DNA of 56,849 bases, the filler included, from Sphacelaria rigidula (taxonomy: Eukaryota): assembly GCA_964200075.2 (NCBI GenBank). It is 7 parts of 7 records of this genome, joined end to end, with 100 filler letters (N's around TTAATTAATTAA, not from the genome) between each part and the next. Parts side by side here need not be neighbours in the genome. Positions count along the whole stretch, not along the records: positions 1 to 8,036 come from CAXNAA020012548.1; positions 8,137 to 16,172 come from CAXNAA020012549.1; 5 more parts are not named here. The stretch is one strand, 5' to 3'. The notes beneath the pieces were generated by a model that ran no database searches, was not told the origin of the DNA, and saw nothing but the letters and a program-made list of their open reading frames with translations. This document shows positions 1-11,026 of this stretch, in pieces (within the stretch, counting starts at the first letter, position 1; each line of letters starts with the position of its first letter). The position numbers and the translations under genes were made by a program.

Positions 1-69
1 GGGGGGGGGGGGTCCGTTGGCGTCTTTTTTTGTTTGTTGTGCGCCTGGCGTGCTGCCCCGGGGGCGGGG

Positions 70-106
<37 letters not shown>

Positions 107-955
107 TACCGTCTGTAGAGCGGCTTTACGCGCTCGTAGCAGACGTCTTTGTTCAAATACGACCTCGCCCAGTCAGCATAGCATTGATATCAGGATACCA
201 GCGTATAAGCAACAGTGGTTTGTCATACAGTTGTTGCGACAAGATGACAACCGGGCATTATTCAGTGGTGCGCACATCCGCACCCCTACAGGTCATACTA
301 GGGTACGCACATGTACTCCATGGCTGGTCCGTGAGATGTCCAGGGCAGACGTCAAGCCAAACTTGTTGACAAGAATTCATGGCTGATACCCACGTGGTGT
401 GTGACTCTAGCGTCCATGTTTTCGGGGGGGTGACAGTCACGAGTGCCTGCCAGGGACGCGCAGGATGCGTCAGTTCAGCTCTTCTTCCAACGTACACTTT
501 GCCCAGTGCACCCTGTAAATTTCCGTTGCCCGAGAGCCCGGTCTGCCTTGGGCTAGAGTTCGGATTGCGGTTATGGTTACGCATTGACAAGGACAGGTGT
601 ATGTTACACGTTACAGGCTAGTCTGGGGGAAAATGAAAATACTATCTGAACACACCTTCAGAAGGTGGGGAACGCTGTTGAGTAGGTGGGTCTCGTTGTC
701 AGTTCCAGGCCGTTGTGGGACGCTACTAATAGCATGTGAAACAGGAAATCTCTAGATGTACAGGGTTGATTCAGTCGAGTGAATCTCCGTAAAATCAATC
801 ACGTCGCTATGTTGGGGTCGTGCTCATTAGGTCCGCCGAGTGCTGTGCACTCGGTATGTAGCGCATGCAGTAGTAACCCGCCCCAAGCCGTGTCGAGGGT
901 GGAGCGCGATTCGTAGCCCACACGAAAAATTCGGGTAGTGAACCTTAATCAAGCC

Positions 956-1220
956 GAGGGGGTGTACTCATAATCTTGCATGCCATAGTCATATGACCAT
1001 TGACCTCGCATCCCTATGAAGTCGGCACGGAGCACGCCGGGTTTTCGCCGGGCCAGGCTCGCAATCAATCACCAAGGGCGAAGCGCTGCGGCGTGTTCGG
1101 CGAGTCGCGTGAAGGGTGAGCTGCGCCGTGCTGAGATTGTTCGGCCCGAAGCTGACTGATTATCTTGCATTTGGATGACAGCCTGCAATGAGTTACTTTA
1201 TTTTCTGGTGTTGCCACCCT
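956..1220 (+). mobile_element. Non-autonomous DNA element, GAGGGGGTGTACTCAT-ended family (family G)
   Basis: ~260-bp stretch aligns by eye with 17522-17795. The left end recurs at 16104-16172 and (reverse) 40680-40748, with a fragment at ~18048-18095. Right end is ...GGTGTTGCCACCC. Confidence 0.7.
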
Positions 1221-1395
1221 ACAAGCCGAGGGGGGTGAAGCCACAAGCCTGCATCGCGTGTGGCCGAAGGAATGCGATTTCCTCGCGCAACTCCACCACA
1301 TTATGCTCTACGATCTCGGTATGTTTCTCTTTCGTCCCATTTTCCGAGGCCTTTTGTAAGAGTCATGACGGGAAACGATACACAAGCGTTTCTCA

Positions 1396-1449
1396 GTGAA
1401 CCTCGAGGTGGCCGGTGAATGGGTGAACCTCGAGGTGGCCGGTGAATGG
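1396..1449. repeat. 27-bp direct tandem repeat x2 (GTGAACCTCGAGGTGGCCGGTGAATGG)
   Basis: Two identical adjacent copies, 1396-1422 and 1423-1449. Confidence 0.9.
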
Positions 1450-2976
1450 TTGCTTTTTTTGCCCTCACACGGGATTCTGGAGGTCCCAGTCTATGGTATG
1501 CCACCCCCCCCCTCGTCACATCCTTGGAACAATTTCTCGTTGATATTTCCCTTAGGTCGCTTTTGAAAATAGGGGGATGTGTTTGCGCACACGTGTTCCT
1601 GAATGAAGCCTGAGATCATCAACGCCCGGGTCACTATTCCTTCTCTCGACATCACCGGTTTCTTGGGGTCCCCAAAGAACATGGCGAAACCGAGCGAAGT
1701 AAAGTCTCTTCACTGACGATTTCGGGATTACGTTTAGGAACATATGTGTAAAATATCGTTCGCCATCTGTGTAAAATCAACCCCAGAAATTGACGAAATG
1801 TGATGTAAGGGATCCTGTTTCTCACGCCGTGTTTTAAGAGTTGATTGATGGACAAAATAGAAATGTTACAAAGGTGCTTGCAAATAGGGCTGAGTTCAAT
1901 TAGTTTGTGGTGTCGATACCCCAGGTGCTATGGAATACGAATCCCAACGGTGTGTTCTGTACGTTGTACCGGCTGAAATTCGGATATCAAGGGAAAGTGT
2001 TCTCGGAGATTTTTTATCGGTAGATGCCTTTCCGAACCATAACCAGAGTGTTTGGAACAAAGCTCGATACCCTGCAGAACCACACTGGAATATTCGATAC
2101 ACATTCTGGGGTGGTTGAGTATGCCAGCCACAATACCTCGCTGCTGGGTATACCCTACAGAACATAAACTTGGTTGTCATACTCAATATTTTGAGCAGGC
2201 GATACTCCGGGTACTTTTTGGATTAGACAGTATGCCGAACAATCGGTACTGGAAGTACTCTGGAGTACTGCTTACTACAAATGCTTGGAGAATCCAGAGC
2301 ACATTAAGTACCGTACTCTATCCAAAGCACCTCCGAAATTGGGTGGCACGTTTCCGCGGGGCAGCCAACCGTATGTGCCGGTCATCCACGACAAGTGTTC
2401 AGCAAAATTCGTTTTTTGATATCCCGTGCTATTGGAAGATGCACAAGATGTGTAAATTTATCGAATATTTACAACACGTAAAATACACGCGACGGCTTGT
2501 GCGGATGAGGAAAGGGCATATTTTCCCAGAGATAAACACACCTGGACTGCCAAAGAGCGGACAACAATAGAGAAACTATTCAAACACCATGTTAGACCGC
2601 AGGAATAGGATGACCAGGTAACCTGCGAGCAGCGTTTGCTCGCTTGCACAGAGAAACCGGCTCATCTGGTAAATAGTTTGCTGGTGATGGTGCTCACCTT
2701 AGATCCAGGTCAAGGCTTTCGTTTGTAGGTGCACGCACTCGTGCATACTGTACTTCATTTGATTTTTCCAAACACGAACACCGAGTGCCGCCACACAGGA
2801 CAGCTTTTGCTCTCTTGCTGCCGTTCTTCTCTTAGTGTCAGCACTCATGCATGCCCCTCTCCTTGAACGCTTTGTTTCAATTTGGTTGGACGGCGGGGGC
2901 GGCGCGGGGGGGGGGTCATTTGCAGGGTCTATACCGCGTCAATCAAACGCGCAAGGCGGCCCAACCGTTCCTGCAG

Positions 2977-4827
2977 AGAAGCGCCCACTTGCGCGTGGAG
3001 AGACCACTGCCCAATCTCTTTACCTTGTTTAAGGGGGAGTTTTGGGTAGCGCTTCACCGTGACTATTGCGTGTACATCCACGAGTCGCCCGACAACGTGG
3101 CGAGGTCTATGCAGGTGAGATGATTTTTTTAATCCTGTCATCCGGCGGTGTGCTGTATTCATGTGGTGCACCCCGGGTACTGACCGAGATGGACCCGGGC
3201 ATTGATCAAGTGTGTTCAGTGTTGATCTGTTGTGTGGTCTTTTGGAGCCGCGGGGGCTGTGAGGTGGTGCCTTTCATCGCGGTCCTAATGTTACTGCATA
3301 AGTTGCCAAGGGCATGGTGGGAAGGTGATGGTGCGAATATCACGCCAAGCCAAACTCGAGTCTCGAGCTTCGGCATGTGCCCATATGGTATTGGTGCATT
3401 CATACATATGTAACGTCCATCCGCAATACCGTACTAATACGTGGCATCATTCCTTGCGTCCTCGTGCGACCCTGTTCGTCCCCTCGCCCCTGTGCTCGAC
3501 CCGCGGTGCACAAAAGGCTTACTTCTCCAAGTTTCGCATATCGGACGAGAGCTATTTCCAGACCACTCTGTGCCATCCGCATGCCCCCGAAGCGTTCCCG
3601 GTCTTCAACGACAATCTTCGACATGTTAACTGGCCCGTGTTCGACGAGGAGACGGAGTGGGTGCTCCACCCGGACCCTGTGGAGCCCAAGCACGTTAAGA
3701 AGCTTATGAATAGTGGGGCGCTATTCGCACGAAAGTTCGAGTACGGGACTAGTGACCAGGCCTGGTCCAACATCGAGGGAATCTTGTCTATGAAGGTGCT
3801 GCTGTATTTTTGAGTTTTTTGCGAAGTGCAGGAAGGGACTCACTTGACTGACATTGCTCGAGGAATATCCCTCGCGCGGGTGATGTATTAGGGCCCCCAT
3901 TTTTTGTCATTGTGAATACGCAGAGTTAAAGTTTTCGCGTTGTGGAATGGGGGGGGGGGGGAGGAAGAGGGAACTCAGCTCGTTATGATCAAGGGCAAAG
4001 GTTCCATTGAAGTCATTGACTTGCGCGTTGCATTGTTTTGCAAGCAGCCATGGCGTGAACCCAGTCCGGATCGAGCATCAACAGGGACTGTGAACACCTG
4101 CGTTGAATACTAAACTACTTCCGGAAGGAGAATTAAGTTTTGGAAGGGCTCTGGCGCTGTGGGCCGGCATGGTGGCATGGGTTGAGAGGCAAATCGTACC
4201 CCACCTCCAGCACGTGCACCCGCTGTCTCATTTGCTCTTTTTTGTCGATGATCACATCTGACATTAAACTGTGCTGCGGTGCACTGATCTATACGATTGT
4301 GATGCTCACAGGCTTCGTGTTTCTGAGCTGCTTACGGGACGGGAGTTTACACTTTTCTACAACATGCACTTCGATACTCCGTTCAAAACCCTGTACAAAT
4401 AAGATTCGACAGCCAAGGCGTTGTTGTTTTTTCTCCGTCACAACGAGTAGCACGAGCTCTCCCCCTGTAGAGGTCACTTCTGTTCCCCCCCTCTGGTATT
4501 TCTGCTGAGCGCTGAATAGTTGAAACACGACAGAGCAGATGCACGTACCCAATAGTCTGTAAAGAGTACAGGCCAAGATTGCCTCTTTATATCCCTTTGC
4601 TGCGTGAATGTCGCGGGTTGAAGTCATATATATTGCCTTGACCGCTCATGTCCGAATTGACACAGGGGGAGGCGATCGCAGAGAGGATTGCGCGCTTAAT
4701 GGCGAGGGGCAGGCGGGCGCGCAACGTCCGAGGGCGAGAGGAACTATGCACGGTGCCCGCAAATTATGACTTGGCGTACATTCTTCGCCACCAGCCAATC
4801 AAGAAACAGCACGAAGAGGGCAATTAG
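2977..4827 (+). CDS. Glycosyltransferase family 14 (core-2/I-branching GlcNAc-transferase / xylosyltransferase-like), last three exons, 5' partial
   Basis: Exons 2977-3114, 3517-3795 and 4666-4827, all phase 0 with AG/GT boundaries. They give LFKGEFWVALHRDYC...AYFSKFRISDESYFQTTLC...NDNLRHVNW...GALFARKF...TAG. GxxWxxLxR, DExYFQT, NxNLR and LFARKF are Branch/GT14 motifs. Confidence 0.85.
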
Positions 4828-6558
4828 CATGCCGTATGAAGTTTGTTTTTAGTGGACAGAAATGTCGCCAATCTTTTTGGCAAAAAGTCATCGAAGTGGG
4901 TTTGTGATAGACCTTTTGTGTCTGGTCATGCTTTACTTGGTAGTCCTGATGCTAGGTAGGGTGCGTTGTTGTCGAGTTGTGTCAGTGCCCGTGGGGTTGT
5001 ACAAACGCGGCAAACGCAGTAGCACGATGTAGAAGGTATGAGATGTCTCGACGAAGAAAAAAAAACGTCATTGTGGCGTGGAAGCTTTTTGCGAGGTCGA
5101 CACGTCGTGCGCGAGAGTGGCGGGGACCCGCCGCTCCGAACTCATGTGTCTGTTGGTTTATTTTGTATTTCGTGTTTTTGTTTTTCGTGTCATGTAGTGA
5201 GGTTGACGGTTATTCTCACGTGTTCCAGGCTGCTCCTGTTTTCATATCGCTGGTAACGACGTGTTGCGTTTTGTTATGCATTTCGGGCTGCCGTGGGTTT
5301 TTGTGTCGGTGTGACCGTTTCGTGGATACAAACTGTGGTGTTCACTCGTGTGGCTATTAGTTGTCTGTGGCGCGGTCTTTGTATGTAATGTTGGCGCCGC
5401 GCTCGCGACGTGTTTTTTTCTATGAATTTTGTGTGCCGTTTTTGTTTGTGCCGGTACGTTGCTGTGATTCGTATTCTTTTCCGAGGCCATCTCTTTTTGC
5501 ATGGCCGGAGTTGTTTGTAGTCGGTTCGTAAGTGCTGCGACCACATCAGGAGGACCCCCTCTCAACGGAGCTCAGGGTGCAAAAAGATGCGGTTTAGTCG
5601 AAGTCAACACGGATACAAACGCAAGGATTGATGCGCAGTGCGGTGAGGCGGGAATGTGCAAAACAGAGGCACTGTCTGTGTACTGTTATTCCATGGAACA
5701 GTTGATATGCGCACGGTTGAAGTGACGCTGTAGTACGGAAGCCTGTTCTCGTGAGGTACGCAGCTTACTGCGTACCCTCGGGTGTTGTGAAGGTGTCGTC
5801 CTCCCCTACATTCGCGCCTGTGGCTATGGTACAAGGACGTGTTGTGGGTGTGTTTGATAGATGCCTGAGGTTGATGTCGCCCTGTTCCGAGTAATCCAGC
5901 GACGGTGGCTAAATGCTGAGCACACTGCTGCTGTTTACTTGGTCGGTCGATGTGGCCTCGCTCCATCCATGAGAAGAATACACCGTACTGTGCTGTGAAA
6001 CACTTTATTTGTCGACTGACTGTTTATGGTGGTGTCGACCTTGCTAGGTGCTCGTGCCAGTTCGGGAGGGGATCCAAGACGAGATTGTAGTATTTCAAGA
6101 CTTTGTTATGAAACGAAATGACGAGAACCCGTTCTCGAGTCGCCAAACATATGGCGCGATTTGAACCTGAGGCTCTGGAAGGCGTGCACTAGCCTGCAGG
6201 AGTCAACGCAGGGAGAAATCGTGCATGGAGCTTTTACCGTGCTGCTGTCAGTGAGCTTTGGAACCGATATTTCCGGAATGCAACATTTGTGCATCCCTCG
6301 AAATCGTGTTGGAGCTTGGGTGGTGAACAACTATGTACGGCGGTACAAACTCCGTACTTTGCACACTACGAATGGATTATTTTGAGGATGAGCGAGGCCG
6401 CACATTTTGGCCGGAGAGTGCACTTGCATTTTTATTTCGAGAAGCTATCACATAAATCTGGGACCTAATTTTCTTACTGAAGATAACAACCGATAAGGAA
6501 GAAAGGTGAACGGGTTGGCGAACGGGAAGAGCATAATATGCGTGGCCATATCCGCCGC

Positions 6559-6850
6559 GCCCCGGTGGTCAAATGGTCCGAGTGTCATCAGAATCGAGAG
6601 AGTGTGGGTTCGATTCCCGATGCGTCGAGTTTTTCCTTTGAAGTATCTGATTCCCACAGCAGCAGTTGTTGAAAGCGCGAGTGCGTGAAAAAAGAAGAGT
6701 AGTTGACTGAGTTTGTTTGACAAGAGTAGACGCGGTGCGGGAGTGCTGACTCAATCCGCAGGACCAAAATACAAGGAATGTACCGGGCAGTGATGGGTTG
6801 ATCCCTTGAGACGAGGGATTCGTCCCGAGAAAAGGGATGTTCAGGAAGCG
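6559..6850 (+). mobile_element. tRNA-derived SINE, family 1
   Basis: A-box-like TGGTCAAATGG at 6566-6576 and B-box GGTTCGATTCC at 6607-6617. The body (TTTGTTTGAC..GACGCGGTGCGG..GTGCTGAC..GACCAAAAT) recurs on the minus strand at 22190-22425. Confidence 0.7.
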
Positions 6851-7168
6851 AACAGTTCACCCATCGAACCAGTGAGCGCTCACTGACTCAATGGGTAAGA
6901 TGTTCGTTGCCTGAACCAAATAAGATATGCGGCTCGAGTCCCGGTAGTCACGCGTGGACAGATAGTACCCTGTAGGACGAGCTGCACAGAATTCTCCACA
7001 GTCTTTGTGAAAACCCCTGTGTAGCATTTGCAAACCCTAGTACCTGTAATAGCATTCTGCATAGCGTGTTTGTCGAAACCCTGCAAGCAACCCTGTGGAG
7101 AGGCCTTCCCAATTTGGAAAACTCCAAATTATTTTGGTACAAAATCTGTAAATTTATTTTTTTGGAAC

Positions 7169-7545
7169 AGCTTCTCCTGCTGTCCGAGATAAATTATTTC
7201 TTGCACGATTCAAATCGGGCAAAAAAGGATTTATCTCGGACAGCAGGAGAAGCTACTGAAAATAGATCCTTTTTTCGCCCAATTTTATTATTTTATTGGG
7301 CGAAAAAAGGATCTAAAATTGGGCGAAAAAAGGATCTATTTCGAAGAGCTTCTGCTGTTCGGAATATGTCTTTTTTTGCCCAATTGCCCAATTATTGGGC
7401 GAAAAAAGGATCTGTTTCGAACAGCTTCTTCTGCTGCGCAAATCCCAGGCACACTGGCAGATTTGGAATCTGAACAGCAAAAGAAGCTCGAAATAAATCT
7501 TTACTTTGCCCTCCAATTCATCCGGAAATTGGGCGAAAAGAGATT
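7169..7545. repeat. Foldback-like cluster of inverted and direct repeats
   Basis: Perfect 26-bp inverted pair 7169-7194/7229-7254 and perfect 21-bp inverted pair 7263-7283/7295-7315. TTGGGCGAAAAAAGGATCT recurs at ~7319 and ~7395. Confidence 0.75.
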
Positions 7546-7826
7546 TATTGCTATTGCGAACAGCGTGAGCTGGGCATATCCCGCATACTACACTGTCATC
7601 AGCATATGGGATCCAACAGGCAGAGGAAATTGATTCAGTTCATCCTCTTGCCCCCCGGTTCATGCACATGGGCTAAAAAAGTGGAGATTCGACACATCGA
7701 TCATGATCGAGTGCATATCCACATGCCTACGAGTCTAGATTCGACGCTTTTGGTCAAGACGTCGATATTGCGTAGATGGAATATACTTCGTAGGCATGTG
7801 GATATGCACTCGATCACTCAACCGAG

Positions 7827-7980
7827 TATATGTGTGTGTGTTGTGTTGTCGTCCCCTTTATTCTGGGCACCAGTCTACCCCTTTCGGGATATGTGAGCGC
7901 ATCAGCCGGGATCACACAGGAGGAAGGTCAACACAGGAGCTTAATCATTTTTCATTTGTTTTTAGCAGTCCATCTTCCTT
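7827..7980 (-). mobile_element. 3' fragment of SINE family 2
   Basis: Reverse-complement match to 44045-44190 (GTCGTCC..CCTTTCGG.ATATGTG.GCGCA.CAGCCGGG...CACAGGAGGA.GG.CAACACAGGAG), with a CA-rich tail. Confidence 0.7.
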
Positions 7981-8036
7981 CTAACAGCCAATCATCTATG
8001 TTGAGGATGGTGCTTTTGATTGAGGATGAGAACCCG

Positions 8037-8136
8037 NNNNNNNNNNNNNNNNNNNNNNNNNNNNNNNNNNNNNNNNNNNNTTAATTAATTAANNNNNNNN
8101 NNNNNNNNNNNNNNNNNNNNNNNNNNNNNNNNNNNN
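8037..8136. other. Artificial contig linker (N-run/TTAATTAATTAA/N-run)
   Basis: 100-nt spacer with a six-frame stop core, identical at six positions. Confidence 0.98.
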
Positions 8137-8520
8137 GGAGAAGGCTGCGTACTCAAGACCTGAACGCCCTCGGGTTCAGGTCTTGAGTACGCAGCCTTCT
8201 CCAGCATTGCGGCCTCGCTACAGTAACACCTGCCCCTAAATCATTTTCCAGCAGTCACCTTGATTGAGAGTCATCATCCAATGGCCAAGTGCTCTTCTCT
8301 GCGGCCGCTAGAACAACTGATATGCCCAAACTCCTTGGTTTGGGGTTGCTCGGGATAAGGCCAACATCATGGTGGTGAAAGTACCGTTCAATTCCGTGTT
8401 CTGGTGAAGAAACAGGGAGAAACCGGTTTGTGGACACCATTTTTCGATTTTCCTCATTCTCGACCACCCCTGAGGGGGGGCGGGGGGGGGGTTAAACCGT
8501 TTTCCAGTCGGTAAGGCCCC

Positions 8521-8605
8521 TTGCTTTTGGGGGTATTAAACGACGTAAAAGCTCCAAAAAGGCCCTTTTCCATATTTTTATTTTTCTCTGTTACAAGGAG
8601 CGGCC
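8521..8605. mobile_element. Terminal fragment of PIF/Harbinger-type MITE B
   Basis: Matches 35755-35835 (AAACGACGTAAAAGCTCCAAAAAGGC...GGAGCGGCC) and is followed by TTA at 8606-8608. Confidence 0.75.
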
Positions 8606-8608
8606 TTA

Positions 8609-9480
8609 GGGCCGTTATTATCGACACAGTTTTTTGGGAGATCGTCCTGATTTTAGGCGTTTTCGCACCTTTTCTAGAACCTTCTCCCAGAATGAAGCGG
8701 CGAGATTTTTTCGCCAAGCCTTAAAGTTTGGCGAATACCTAATATTTCGGATCCCGGCACAATACTCCGCAGAGCTGCCCTTGGCGCACGCCGCGGCGCT
8801 CAAAAGCATGCGAGAATCATCAGGAACCTTGCTAGTTACACCCTAGGCTATGTCGTAGAGTAAAAAGCACCGCGCGGGTTGGCGGTATCTATCTCCTTAG
8901 ACGGTGTGTGCCCCGGCAGCAGTTTCGAAGCTGTTGGAGCCAAGCACGGTGGTCGTCGTTTGCAGACATACGCACTTTCGAAGCGAAGAGCAGAAACAAT
9001 CCAGTAGCTACCTACTTGCCTGCAGTGCTGCTACGAGGGTACGCTACCGCATCGTCTGAAAAGTGTTTAGCTGGTGGTTTGATTGGGTGTATCTGCGCAT
9101 ACAACTCACAGAAAGCAAGCATGCTGCAATCCATGCACGGGGCTTCCTACAGTCGACATTTTTAATTATGAGTGCTGCTGCAGCATCCCGAGAGAGCCGG
9201 TCGATGACGCCCTAGCCTGTCCGACTGGCCCCCCGTGTCACAGAGAGGTTGTGAGAAACATGTTTACCACAGTCATGAACGTCATACATGGGCGGGTAGC
9301 ATAACCCTGTCCTTTATTTTGCCGGCGAAGGCAAGNNNNNNNNNNGCAATCAGAGATCTCAGCACCATCTGTAATGAGATATCTAACAGCAACAGTAGAT
9401 CTAGATAATAACGAGCCCTAGGCAAATGCCGAAATTTCAGACCTTCTCCCATCTTGTTTATTTGTCGATAATAAAGGCTC
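8609..9480. mobile_element. PIF/Harbinger-type non-autonomous element C
   Basis: TIRs GGGCCGTTATTATCGACA (8609-8626) and TGTCGATAATAAAGGCTC (9463-9480) match at 16 of 18 positions. TTA lies on both sides. Contains a 10-N gap. Confidence 0.6.
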
Positions 9481-9483
9481 TTA

Positions 9484-10417
9484 GGCTACTTCCTATGTAT
9501 CAAAAAATGAAACTTGTTGAAAATTGCATTTTTGGCCCTCCTCCGTCGTTTTTCCCCCGGAAAGAGGGCTAGGCGGATGTTGACACCTTGGAATGAGTTA
9601 CTTTACTTGCTGAGACGGTTCCAGAGCACTTTTGCGTTTGCCGTACGTCAAAGTTTTGTTTTTGGCCAAACTTGCATTTTCAACAACAAACGGTCAAGTT
9701 ATCAAAAAAATGTCAGTTTTAAAACTTGCATTTTCAACAACAACGGTCAAGTTATCAAAAAACAGGGGGAAAACTGACATTTTTTTGATAACTTGACCGT
9801 TTGTTGTTGAAAATGCAAGTTTGGCCAAAAAACAAACTTTGACGTATAGCAAATGCAAAATTACTCTGGAACCGTCTCAGCGAGTAGAGCAACTCATTCC
9901 AAGGTGTCAACATCTGCCTAGCCCTCTTTTCGGGCGAAAAACGATGAAGAAGGGTCAAAAATGCACTTTTCAACAAGTTTCATTTTTTTATACATAAAAA
10001 GTAGCCTGTTGAAAAAAAGGAGGCATTTTTTACCCATCTTCATCGTTTTTTGCCCGAAAAGAGGGCTAGGCGGATGTTGACACCTTGGAATGAGTTGCTC
10101 TACTCGCTGAGACGGTTCCAGAGCACTTTTGCGTTCGTCGTACGTCAAAGTTTGTTTTTTGGCCAAACTTGCATTTTCAACAACAAACCGTCAAGTTATC
10201 AGAAAACATTTATTTTATACCTTGACCGTTTGTTATTGAAAGTGCAAGTTTGGTCGATAACAAAACTGTGACTTGCGGGAAACGCAAAGGTGCTCTTGAA
10301 CGGTCTCGACGAGCACATCAACATTCCCCTGGCCCTCTTTTCGGGCGAAAAACGATGAAGGAGGGTCAAAAATGCACTTTTCAACAAGATTCATTTTTCG
10401 ATACATGAGAAGTAGCC
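9484..10417. mobile_element. PIF/Harbinger-type (Tourist-like) MITE A: full copy 9484-10006 plus truncated copy ~10008-10417
   Basis: Near-palindromic element with termini GGCTACTT...AAGTAGCC and outer flanks TTA (9481-9483, 10418-10420). Same family as 34883-35350. Confidence 0.85.
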
Positions 10418-10524
10418 TTACTATTATTTTTCCACGTCTAAGTCTACTATATTGTTCTATTCGACTTTTCGTTTCCTCCTTTTTTCTTCAGCGATTGTTT
10501 CAGTTTTATTTGGTCTTGGATACG

Positions 10525-10594
10525 TCTATCATGTGACCACGGTTGGATCCCTGGGGGGTCAAAGTGCGACAATCAAATCAATCCAAATCAATCA
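10525..10594 (+). mobile_element. Retroposon 3' tail (TGTGACCACGGNTGGAT...(AATC)n)
   Basis: Same tail motif at 32996-33070 (+), 33278-33350 (-) and 34673-34740 (-). Confidence 0.55.
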
Positions 10595-10725
10595 GTGGCA
10601 AGCTTCTACAGAAAGCGTATCGGGCCTCGTGGAGGGGCATTTCGGAACTGAAACTATTTATCCATTGATGTATCAATTCTCACTCTTAATAGTATCCCAG
10701 ACTCTGAATCTCACGAAAAAGTTGT
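10594..10725 (+). repeat. Dispersed repeat (CAGTGGCAAGCT...GCCTCGTGGAGGGNCATTTCGGAACTGAAAC)
   Basis: Related copies at ~18766-18930 and ~19475-19635. Confidence 0.7.
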
Positions 10726-10918
10726 GAAGTAAGGTGCCAAATATAGCCAAAAAACGGTGGAATTTATGGGGTGGTATTCACAGTGACCGTGCCTTACAAC
10801 CCTAGCGTCCGCCTCACGCTAGGGTTGTTCGTGGAAAGGTTTGGCCTGGCATATCAACCAAACAGCGAAATTTAGGGCAGCGTACTTGAATGCTTAGTGT
10901 ACATCATAAACTGGTCAC

Positions 10919-11026
10919 CTTCTTGGGATTGTACATGACATCCGTGAGGCACCCCGTTATGGCGTTCTTGACGATGGTGTCCACATCCTCAACGGAAAAT
11001 TCGGCGGCGTCGTCCTGGAAATCCAT
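10919..11026 (-). CDS. DYNLT1: Dynein light chain Tctex-type 1, first coding exon (3' partial)
   Basis: ATG at 11026 gives MDFQDDAAEFSVEDVDTIVKNAITGCLTDVMYNPKK, then donor GTGACC. This matches the Tctex1 N-terminus (F-x-V-D-E-V-x-x-I-V-K-E-A-I...Y-x-x-x-K-V). Too short for the ORF track. Confidence 0.8.

Noticed and set aside
7263..7415. CRISPR-like repeated 19-mer
   Set aside because: Copies occur in both orientations with irregular, non-unique spacers, there are no cas genes, and the context is eukaryotic.
8137..8202. Perfect 29-bp hairpin at contig start (hairpin telomere or terminator?)
   Set aside because: It begins exactly at the contig edge, and a second contig shows the same pattern. 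This is typical of fold-back chimeric reads from library preparation or amplification.
9514..10387. Repeated similar ORFs (…KRARRMLTPWNELLY…) on both strands
   Set aside because: They are by-products of palindromic MITE A copies and show no protein motif.
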